Assembly (NCBI GenBank): GCA_964480775.1
Contig: CAYZRF010000027.1
Location: 1-22,838, forward strand
Reading direction: 5' to 3'
Source of the DNA: an uncultured Nitrososphaerota archaeon
GTDB lineage: Archaea > Korarchaeota > Korarchaeia > Korarchaeales > Korarchaeaceae
DNA: 22,838 nucleotides
Of the stretch, positions 14,418 to 21,124 are shown piece after piece. A program made the position numbers and the translations under genes. The number at the start of each line of letters is the position of its first letter. Within the stretch, counting starts at the first letter, position 1. A model generated the notes under the pieces. The model ran no database searches and had not been told where the DNA came from. It saw nothing but the letters and a program-made list of their open reading frames with translations.

Positions 14418-15782
14418 ATGAGTAAAAACGACGAAATACTCAGCGAGTTACCACCAGAATTGGAAGAATTCTTAGGAGGAGAACCAGTAACACTTCTAAT
14501 AAAAGGGGCGCCAGGAACAGGCAAAACCACCCTGGCTCTTGAGATACTAAAAAAATTTTCTAAAGAAGATGAAAGCACGTACATCTCCACTAGATTATCA
14601 CTAGAAAAGATTCTGAGGCAGTTTCCATGGGTAAAAGAAGAACTTTCCTTTGAAAAACTTGGATTTGAACTACTAAGTGATGCTAGACTAACTACTCCAA
14701 ATCTATTCATTACGACACTAGGCAGAATAATCAAAAAAACTAAAGGATGCATAGTTTTAGATTCTTGGGACGCAATAGCAAACGATCTTAGCCCAAAAGA
14801 GAGACTAAAGGTGGAAAAAGCCCTAATAAGTATGGCTGACTCTTCAAAAGCTAGACTAATCTTCATAAGCGAGGAGTTTAACCACCAATCCCTGGAGTTC
14901 GTGGCAGACGGCGTGATTACGCTGCGTCACATTTGGGTTTTCGGAGATAGTACGGGAGAGGCCCCTAATCCTTTTATCAGAAGGAGAAGTGCAAGAGAAA
15001 TCGAACTTGAGAAATTGCGTGGGGTGCCCATCTACCAGAGAACTTACCTTTTTACTCTAAGCAAAGGAAGGTTCACTTGTCTATTACCATACAAACCCCG
15101 AATTATAAAGAAATCAATGGAAACACTACCGGATTTAGATACGTGGCGTATATCAACAGGTATCCCGGGATTAGATAAAATAAGCAGAGGTTTACTGAAA
15201 AAGAGATTTTTTCTGATAGAAATCGGTAGAAGAGTTGGGCTTCGCTTTTATCCAATGTTATTTACAATGATTCAGAACGCACTTTTGTCAGGAAGGGGAG
15301 CAATAATGCTCTCTAGCTTTCTCCCATCTTCTGAGTTTAGAGAAAACATGGAATCCTCTCAAGAGGAAGGGAGTTTCAAATCAATTGAAAGAAATCTTGG
15401 GACATTCAAGGTGATTTTTCTAGGTCAAACCTATGAGGAAACGGCATTGAATTATATAAGAGAGTACGAGCGCCTTAGGCACAGACACCAAGAGGTAATT
15501 GAGTTTATAGATCTTAATGCTATTGAAAGTAAATTTGGTCTTAAGGAGACAGTATCTTTTCTCTCAGATACGGCACTCAGGGCCTTCGAGTCTAATATGC
15601 CATCAGTCCTTCTTGCAAGGGAAGGCATGGCTGCTTTGGATCTTACATCTAGGCTTGTGGCTGCGCACATTGTTATTGACGATATAAATGGAGCCCTGGT
15701 TACTTATGGTATTTCACCAAGAAGCGGATTATACGGGATCATTACTAAAGAAGACATGCATCATCTGATTGAGATGATGTAA
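14418..15782 (+). CDS. Tandem RecA-superfamily KaiC/GvpD-like ATPase with an intact first domain and a degenerate second domain
   Basis: Domain 1: LLIKGAPGTGKTTLALE (Walker A, nt 14505-14528), CIVLDSWD (Walker B-like) and REIELEKLRGVPI (KaiC-type R..KmRG). Domain 2 begins ISTGIPGLDKISRGLLKKRFFLIEIGRRVG, where GRRVG replaces the P-loop GxxGxGKT. The PPELEEFLGG..LLIKGxPGTGKT N-terminus resembles GvpD-family proteins. Confidence 0.8.
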   Translation: MSKNDEILSELPPELEEFLGGEPVTLLIKGAPGTGKTTLALEILKKFSKEDESTYISTRLSLEKILRQFPWVKEELSFEKLGFELLSDARLTTPNLFITTLGRIIKKTKGCIVLDSWDAIANDLSPKERLKVEKALISMADSSKARLIFISEEFNHQSLEFVADGVITLRHIWVFGDSTGEAPNPFIRRRSAREIELEKLRGVPIYQRTYLFTLSKGRFTCLLPYKPRIIKKSMETLPDLDTWRISTGIPGLDKISRGLLKKRFFLIEIGRRVGLRFYPMLFTMIQNALLSGRGAIMLSSFLPSSEFRENMESSQEEGSFKSIERNLGTFKVIFLGQTYEETALNYIREYERLRHRHQEVIEFIDLNAIESKFGLKETVSFLSDTALRAFESNMPSVLLAREGMAALDLTSRLVAAHIVIDDINGALVTYGISPRSGLYGIITKEDMHHLIEMM

Positions 15783-15827
15783 CATGAGCTATATTAGCTG
15801 ATTTAAACCCCTAGAGAAACACTTTTT

Positions 15828-16622
15828 TTACATTATTTTCAAGTTAAATTCGCAGAATGGTGATTGTAGAGCTATGCACTTATTTTCGGTTACCTCAACG
15901 ATTTTTCTTAATGCAAGCGTCATGTAACCAGCCAATATTCCTCTGACAAATTGGCTAGCGGGCTTATCAACATGTCCTTTCATGATTTCACATTCCCAAA
16001 GATCATGGAACCTTATCGTTATCGAGCGCTCGGTCATGCGTACAATCTCCGATCTACCCCAGCCAGCTCCCACGAAAAAGGCTTGCAAGAGTTCAAGAGC
16101 CTCTCTTCCTGTTAGATCTGGGATTTTCGATACATAAACCGTGAACAACCTAGTTCCTACAGCATAACCACTATGATACATCAAGGAATCAAAGGAACCC
16201 GGACTAAACACCTTCCTTGCTTCTACAAGAAGTACTGAAAGGCTTGCTAAGCCAAACAAAATGACTCTACTCTCGCTGAAGACTAAAGGGAAGAAGTGAT
16301 CATCAACTAACACATTACCCTTCGCTTTTGGTGAGATTAACTGTACATCAATTACGCCAGGAGTGTTCTTTAAATCACTCAAAAAGTCAGTAGGACTTAC
16401 TACCTTTCCGTAAAAGTCCACAGCCAAGAAGATACTAGCAGTCTCTGCTTCTTGACCACTAATTGAAGGTATAAAACTTACTATGTTAACCTCTCTTTTA
16501 AAGGCAGCTTGAGATATCTTAGCCGCAACTCCTGGAACATTTTCCACCCTTATGTGAAAGCCGTATATGCCCTTTCCTACTATCATATTGTTAAGTACCA
16601 ACTCGTCAAGTTCGTGGATCAT
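15828..16622 (-). CDS. ACT-like domain fused to V4R (4-vinyl reductase-type) small-molecule-binding domain
   Basis: GFHIRVENVPGVAAKISQAAFKREVNIVSFIPS...IFLAVDF has an ACT-like beta-alpha-beta-beta pattern. The C-terminus (GYAVGTRLF...GWGRSEIV...ITIRFHDLWECE...KPASQFVRGILAGYM...VEVTENKCIALQSPFCEFNLK) matches the V4R pattern, including the E.xC.....xxC.F ending. The ORF track start at 16772 adds a Trp-rich 50-aa extension. ATG 16622 has GGGAGA about 12 nt upstream and is preferred. Confidence 0.7.
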   Translation of the reverse strand: MIHELDELVLNNMIVGKGIYGFHIRVENVPGVAAKISQAAFKREVNIVSFIPSISGQEAETASIFLAVDFYGKVVSPTDFLSDLKNTPGVIDVQLISPKAKGNVLVDDHFFPLVFSESRVILFGLASLSVLLVEARKVFSPGSFDSLMYHSGYAVGTRLFTVYVSKIPDLTGREALELLQAFFVGAGWGRSEIVRMTERSITIRFHDLWECEIMKGHVDKPASQFVRGILAGYMTLALRKIVEVTENKCIALQSPFCEFNLKIM

Positions 16623-16792
16623 CGAAAAAGATCTCCCTGTAGAAGCTTTAATTCTTTCTGGAACTTCCCACCAATTTGGTCGGTTGAAGAACCAAGATAA
16701 TACGAGAAATTGTAATTGCCACTCATGTATGCTTAGAGCTAAGCGAGACGACAGTCTTTGCCATCTGTCCAAGGGTTTAACAGACCTATTAT

Positions 16793-16835
16793 GTTAGAAA
16801 CCGTTTGCTAAAGATAAATAGGAGAGATTTCTAAC
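16793..16835. promoter_or_regulatory. 8-bp inverted repeat GTTAGAAA / TTTCTAAC bracketing a TATA-like AAGATAAATA box
   Basis: Read directly: GTTAGAAA at 16793-16800, TTTCTAAC at 16828-16835, and the TATA-like element at 16811-16820, about 30 nt upstream of the ATG at 16847. Confidence 0.3.
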
Positions 16836-16846
16836 AAAGAGAATGT

Positions 16847-17422
16847 ATGAGCAAATATGATGTCTTGGCCGTCGTACTTTCTCCTACAGCCGTAGCAGCT
16901 TTTACGATCTTTATGATACTGAGAGGGCATAGCGAGCTTGTTGAGTGGACAGCAGCAACTCTCAGTGTAGTAGTTGGACCTGTGCTACCAGTTATATTAC
17001 TGGCGGCTTCTAAGAAAACAGATCTAAGTGTAAGCGATCAATCTCAAAGAACACCGCTTTTGGCGGTAGCTATTCTAAGCTATTTTATGGGCTTTACCTT
17101 CTTTCACTTGAGAAATTTCTGGGACATGGAGTTCGTTACTCTATCATATGGAATGGTTACAATGGGTGTTGCGTTAGTTAATGCCTTCTATACTAAAGGA
17201 AGCATTCACATGGCAGGGATTACAGGTCCTAGCGTGATATTAATTCTTTTGGGGCGGAAGGAGGGGATATATCTGCTCTCATTAATTCCTCTAGTAGCTT
17301 GGATCAGGCTGAAGGTAGGAGCACACAGCTGGTCTCAGATTGTTGTAGGAGGTGCCGTGGCCGTGATTCTAACTCTCTTCACTTACTTTATCTGCTTTGT
17401 CTCAATTAAGAACATGATATAG
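16847..17422 (+). CDS. PAP2-superfamily integral membrane lipid phosphatase, dolichyl-diphosphatase-like variant
   Basis: 191 aa with about 6 TM helices. Candidate acid-phosphatase motifs appear in order: KKTDLSVSDQSQRTP (K...RxP, with longer spacing than the canonical form), GSIH (PSGH-like) and RLKVGAHSWSQIVVGG (Rx5Hx3Q instead of Hx3D). As I recall, the HxWSQV form is the variant seen in dolichyldiphosphatases. A TATA-like AAGATAAATA lies about 30 nt upstream of the ATG. Confidence 0.5.
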   Translation: MSKYDVLAVVLSPTAVAAFTIFMILRGHSELVEWTAATLSVVVGPVLPVILLAASKKTDLSVSDQSQRTPLLAVAILSYFMGFTFFHLRNFWDMEFVTLSYGMVTMGVALVNAFYTKGSIHMAGITGPSVILILLGRKEGIYLLSLIPLVAWIRLKVGAHSWSQIVVGGAVAVILTLFTYFICFVSIKNMI

Positions 17423-17620
17423 ATTGGAGTTCAACTGTAGTAATTTTGAGTTTTCATACTTCCCCTTACAACAGGCCTATAACGCGTCAAGCTTAAGATA
17501 TCGTCTCCTAAAACCCAGGAGATTTAGAAAGACTTGTGTTAAACACGACACACAGCCATGGTATGATGAAGAGAATATTAACCAAAGACGCTTTCAATAT
17601 CCCAAGAGATGAGATGCAAA

Positions 17621-18565
17621 ATGAAAGATGTGAAGTTTGGTTGGAGGATACCAAGCTTTCCAGTTGACGGGAGTAAAGGGAAGGGCTTTGTTGATGATAT
17701 ATTGAGAAGTTTAAGAGAAGTAGAAGAAGATTTTGATTCAGCATGGATCTCTGACCACTTTTTTCCTTGGGCAAACTTTGTACCTCAAAAAACAGATACT
17801 CTGGAATGCTGGACTACTCTATCTTACTTAGCTGGCATGTTCCATAAAATTAACTTTGGAACGATTGTGCTGTGCAACTCCTACCGCAATCCAGCGTTGC
17901 TAGCAAAGATGGGAGCGACCCTTCAGGTTCTGTCAGGTGGCAGATTTATCTTAGGTATAGGAGCTGGCTGGAAAGAGGACGAATATCTTGCTTATGGATA
18001 TGAGTTTCCTAAAGCTTCAATTAGAATCAAACAGCTCGAAGAAGGTGTCCAAATAATCAAAAAAATGTGGTATGAGGATGTTGTAACTTTCGAAGGCAAA
18101 TTTTACAAAGTTAAAGGAGCGTACTGCGAGCCTAAACCAAAACCCCCGCCTCCAATTATGATAGGAGGAGGTGGAGAGAAGCTCACCCTAAGAGTCGTAG
18201 CCCTATACGCAGACTGGTGGAATATTCCCAATAAAACACCGAAATTTTATCGACAAAAGGCTGAGATTCTTAAAAAGCACTGCTCTAAAGTAGGAAGAGA
18301 CTTTTATGATATTAAGAAAACATGGGTGGGATGTGTAGCCATAGCAAAGAACAAGAACGATGCCCTAAAAATAGCTAAAGAAAGTCCATTTACAAAAGCG
18401 ATAGGAATAGAGGAAATGGTTGTCGGCTCACCAGAACAAGTCATAAGAAAGTTGAAGGAATATATTGACATAGGGGTTGAACACATAATTCTAAGGTTTC
18501 TTGATTTTCCGAACACCGAAGGTGCTAGGTTATTTGCGAGAGAAGTCATCCCAAAACTCAAATAG
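17621..18565 (+). CDS. Luciferase-like monooxygenase (LLM) family oxidoreductase, probably F420- or flavin-dependent
   Basis: KFGWRIPSF...FDSAWISDHF...NPALLAKMGATLQVLSGGRFILGIGAGW...GEKLTLRVVALYADWWN, a TIM-barrel LLM pattern similar to F420-dependent members. The cofactor cannot be determined from the sequence alone. ATG 17621 is preferred over ATG 17609. Confidence 0.8.
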   Translation: MKDVKFGWRIPSFPVDGSKGKGFVDDILRSLREVEEDFDSAWISDHFFPWANFVPQKTDTLECWTTLSYLAGMFHKINFGTIVLCNSYRNPALLAKMGATLQVLSGGRFILGIGAGWKEDEYLAYGYEFPKASIRIKQLEEGVQIIKKMWYEDVVTFEGKFYKVKGAYCEPKPKPPPPIMIGGGGEKLTLRVVALYADWWNIPNKTPKFYRQKAEILKKHCSKVGRDFYDIKKTWVGCVAIAKNKNDALKIAKESPFTKAIGIEEMVVGSPEQVIRKLKEYIDIGVEHIILRFLDFPNTEGARLFAREVIPKLK

Positions 18566-18645
18566 AACTGCTCCAGTTGATCTGATTGCTTTTCATAATG
18601 TGAGTTCCTTTGATCTTTGATAAACATCCTACCTCAAGTTTAGCC

Positions 18646-19557
18646 TTAATATTCTGTAGCTTTTAGCACAATGCCGTTTTCAGCGTTTATGTAAACCTTG
18701 TACTTTTTGCCAGGACCTCCAGTAGAGAACACGACTATCCAAACATAATCGGATGTAACAGAACTTACATCTCCTTCTGGTATCATTCTATGATGGACAG
18801 CCAGTTCTCTGCTTGAAAGGTGCATCGTAACTCGGACTGGCTTGGATTGGCTTTCAATGAATGCTCTTCCTCCCGCATCTAAAGCGATAGATATTGCTTG
18901 AGCGGGAGAAATATTCCACCTCAATTCTAATGGGGTGAATTCAGGAAGGAACATAACCTCTCCAGGGGGATCCTCAAATGAGATCTCCCCCGATTTCCAC
19001 GAGTATTGGTAGGTAGTATCCCTCCAAGGGCAATAGAACCTGATTAACCAATTATCAATGGCTTCTGGCTGAAAAGTGTCATAGGGCCAGGGGCCAGTTG
19101 AAACCATTATAGGATAGGCTTGAAAGCACTTCCCTTTAGCGATCGCGGTTATAGAGGCAATCACATCATGTAGAGGGACTCCCTGTGGAGGCGGTGGTGT
19201 TGGCTGTGTGGTGGGACTTGGTGTTGGAGACGGAGATTGTGTGGGAGAAGGACTCGGAATTGGAGTAGTAGTAGGTGTTTGAATAGGATGCTTCATTTCT
19301 CCAAGAAAATAGAAACCAGCAATTCCTACCGCTGCAACAAGAGCTATAGCAATTACTACCATCTTTAGCGGGAACTTTTTCTTTTTCTCTACTTTTGATA
19401 GTTCTTTGATCTTCGGAGCCTTCTTTAGCGCTTGAAGAGCTTCTGTATATTTCTTCTTCAGGTCTAAGTAGGTAGACTCGCTTATTTTTCCTTTAGAGTA
19501 GAGATCCTCAAGCTTCTGAAGCTTTATCCTCAACTCTTCCTCAGATTCAAACTCCAT
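18646..19557 (-). CDS. Type II membrane protein: cytoplasmic SHOCT-like helix, one TM, Pro/Thr/Ser-rich linker, extracellular globular domain (possible PepSY-like end)
   Basis: LQKLEDLYSKGKISESTYLDLKKKY resembles the SHOCT consensus. The TM is MVVIAIALVAAVGIAGFYFLG and the linker is TPTTTPIPSPSPTQSPSPTPSPTTQPTPPPPQ. The C-terminus ends YKVYINAENGIVLKATEY. ATG 19557 has GAGGAG 5-10 nt upstream and is preferred over TTG 19578. Confidence 0.65.
   Translation of the reverse strand: MEFESEEELRIKLQKLEDLYSKGKISESTYLDLKKKYTEALQALKKAPKIKELSKVEKKKKFPLKMVVIAIALVAAVGIAGFYFLGEMKHPIQTPTTTPIPSPSPTQSPSPTPSPTTQPTPPPPQGVPLHDVIASITAIAKGKCFQAYPIMVSTGPWPYDTFQPEAIDNWLIRFYCPWRDTTYQYSWKSGEISFEDPPGEVMFLPEFTPLELRWNISPAQAISIALDAGGRAFIESQSKPVRVTMHLSSRELAVHHRMIPEGDVSSVTSDYVWIVVFSTGGPGKKYKVYINAENGIVLKATEY
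19183..19278 (-). repeat. Low-complexity Pro/Thr/Ser-rich linker-coding tract
   Basis: On the plus strand this reads as reiterated GGTGT/GGAGA/TGGG units (ggtggtgttggctgtgtggtgggacttggtgttggagacggagattgtgtgggagaagg). It translates on the minus strand to (S/T)P repeats. Confidence 0.8.
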
Positions 19558-19774
19558 TGTTCTCCTCAAAGTTAACAACGGCTTATCTTAAATTCTTGGA
19601 CTAGACAACTTGACTTTTGTATATATTCTCTTTGAAGTTCTATGTTCTTAGTGGCCTCTTGGAGGCGAAAAGAGTCAGAGAAATTAATACTCTCGCAATG
19701 AGCGCCCCTATGCTCTGGGTATATTATTAGCGGTAATACATCAATCCTATAACAAAGAGGAGGGATATGGAAGT

Positions 19775-20644
19775 ATGAAACTTGTGCTTCTTGGATCTGG
19801 AGGATCAACGACAACTCCTAGACCTGGGTGCCAATGTAGGGTTTGCGTCGAAGCAAGGAAAAAGGGGGTTCCCTACGCAAGGTATGGTCCATCTATGTTC
19901 ATCTCGGACATCAACCTTCTCTTTGATACTCCGGAAGAGATTGCAATGCAACTGAACAGAGAGGGAATTAACTCAATAGACTACATATTCTACACACATT
20001 GGCATCCAGATCATACGCTTGGCATGAGAATAGTTGAGAGGATGTACATGTCCTGGCTTGACAGGTTTGTTAAGGAGAAAGGACCTCCAAAGAAGGTCAA
20101 GATCTACGCCTTAGATGAAGTAATGGAGGATTTATTGGCTATTAGAAATAAACATGGATCCTTTTTCAGCTTCTATGAGAGGCTAGGTCTAATAGAAACA
20201 TTTTTGCTAGAGAATGAGAAACCAGTTGAAATTCAAGGCTTCACAATAACTCCTGTTAAGGTTAAGACTGGATGGAACGAAATTTCTACAGTCTATATCA
20301 TTGAAGAAGGTGCTAAAAAGGTGATTTATGCTCCCTGCGACTCAAAACCTTTCCCAAGGAGTAAGCTGCTAAAGAAGCCAGATATATTGATCATAGGGAA
20401 TGTCTTCCCCCTAGGTCCTTTGAAGGGAGGAATTACAATTCCAGAAGATAACGTGTTGAGAAGGGAACTTTTCTCGTTAGAAGAGGTTTTGGAACTTGCT
20501 AAAGAACTGGAAGCAAAGAAATTGATAGTTACTCATATTGAGGAAGAGTGGGGTAAGAGTTACGATGAGTACAAGGAGCTAGAGCTAAGATATCGGGAGT
20601 ATAATTTGTGTTTTGCTTATGACGGGATGAATGTTATAGTATAA
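19775..20644 (+). CDS. Metallo-beta-lactamase-fold hydrolase (PhnP/PqqB-like, with N-terminal Cys cluster)
   Basis: LVLLGSGGSTTTPRPGCQCRVC (Gly-rich start plus CxCxxC as in PhnP-type enzymes), YTHWHPDH (HxHxDH) and distal YAPCD and VTH motifs. GAGGAGGGA lies about 12 nt upstream of the ATG. Confidence 0.8.
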   Translation: MKLVLLGSGGSTTTPRPGCQCRVCVEARKKGVPYARYGPSMFISDINLLFDTPEEIAMQLNREGINSIDYIFYTHWHPDHTLGMRIVERMYMSWLDRFVKEKGPPKKVKIYALDEVMEDLLAIRNKHGSFFSFYERLGLIETFLLENEKPVEIQGFTITPVKVKTGWNEISTVYIIEEGAKKVIYAPCDSKPFPRSKLLKKPDILIIGNVFPLGPLKGGITIPEDNVLRRELFSLEEVLELAKELEAKKLIVTHIEEEWGKSYDEYKELELRYREYNLCFAYDGMNVIV

Positions 20645-20818
20645 AAAACCAATAAAGGGATTCTCTAAGAGAGATAGTCTCTAAGAATGTTCTATCAACT
20701 CACTAATGGAGATAGAAAGTCGTAGAATGTTATTTCATTTGAGAAGAGATCTCATCTAAACTTCCAAAAGCTGCATGTGTTAAATACGATCTTTGAGTTT
20801 AAACAGGATCCTCTATAA

Positions 20819-21088
20819 TTACCCCCCACCCACAGGTGGAAATATAACAATAAGATCTCCTTCTCTCACCTTCTCGTCTGGTTTTGGCCATCGTTGGTCC
20901 TTCATTAGATGAAATCCCCTTTTCAAAGAACCATCTCCATTAAGCAATCTTTCCTTTAGCCTTGGTCTAACTCTTGCTAGCTCTCTTACGGCATCAAGTA
21001 TCGTTGCTCCATCATGAACTTCCACTTCTACCTCTGAAGCACCTGCTTCCTCTCTGAAGATGGAGAACAGTTTGAACCTTACTTTCAT
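20819..21088 (-). CDS. MoaD/ThiS-family beta-grasp sulfur carrier or ubiquitin-like small archaeal modifier candidate
   Basis: 89 aa. MKVRFKLFSIFREEAGASEVEVEV...TILDAV..L....P.L and the C-terminus GDLIVIFPPVGGG-stop follow the typical MoaD pattern, with an exposed terminal Gly-Gly. Confidence 0.8.
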   Translation of the reverse strand: MKVRFKLFSIFREEAGASEVEVEVHDGATILDAVRELARVRPRLKERLLNGDGSLKRGFHLMKDQRWPKPDEKVREGDLIVIFPPVGGG

Positions 21089-21124
21089 CTCAATATTAAT
21101 CTCTATCAGATGTTTAAATATGTT

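Noticed and set aside
14408-14866. 152-aa minus-strand ORF, Ser-rich, antisense to the KaiC/GvpD-like gene. The same reasoning applies to the other shadow ORFs in the track: 1545-1742, 1687-1878, 3501-3764, 3767-4144, 4168-4530, 4487-4813, 5800-6024, 6028-6318, 6523-6783, 6731-6955, 6946-7404, 7574-7846, 8229-8480, 9507-9698, 9812-10057, 9966-10271, 10876-11178, 11477-11809, 12902-13144, 13377-13589, 13443-13631, 13901-14083, 15452-15670, 16509-16700, 16567-16797, 17508-17774, 18304-18627, 19572-19814, 21648-21953 and 22533-22772.
   Set aside because: Nearly all lie largely antisense to, or out of frame with, ORFs carrying strong family motifs; 19572-19814 lies mostly in the 19558-19774 spacer. 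They have skewed low-complexity composition (Ser/Leu/Arg-rich) and no recognisable motifs. These are typical shadow or spurious ORFs.
16731-16744. 6-2-6 inverted repeat GCTTAG-AG-CTAAGC upstream of the ACT-V4R gene.
   Set aside because: It is short and lies more than 100 nt from the preferred start, or inside the alternative long ORF. There is no second copy and no supporting context.
17504-17522. Hairpin TCTCCT-AAAACCC-AGGAGA about 80 nt downstream of the PAP2-like gene.
   Set aside because: It is a short 6-bp stem with no following oligo-T tract and could easily arise by chance. That is not enough to call a terminator or riboswitch element.
17424-17612. 62-aa plus-strand ORF (TTG start) in the spacer upstream of the LLM oxidoreductase.
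   Set aside because: It has a non-ATG start without an SD, is basic and low in complexity (RYRLLKPRRFRK), and runs into the LLM start. I see no supporting evidence for it.
17563-17620. Possible C/D-box sRNA: the C-box-like ATGATGA at 17563-17569.
   Set aside because: No CTGA D box and no C'/D' pair at the required spacing downstream. A similar check of GTGATGA near 1895 and ATGATGT near 15771 also failed to give a complete C/D'/C'/D arrangement.
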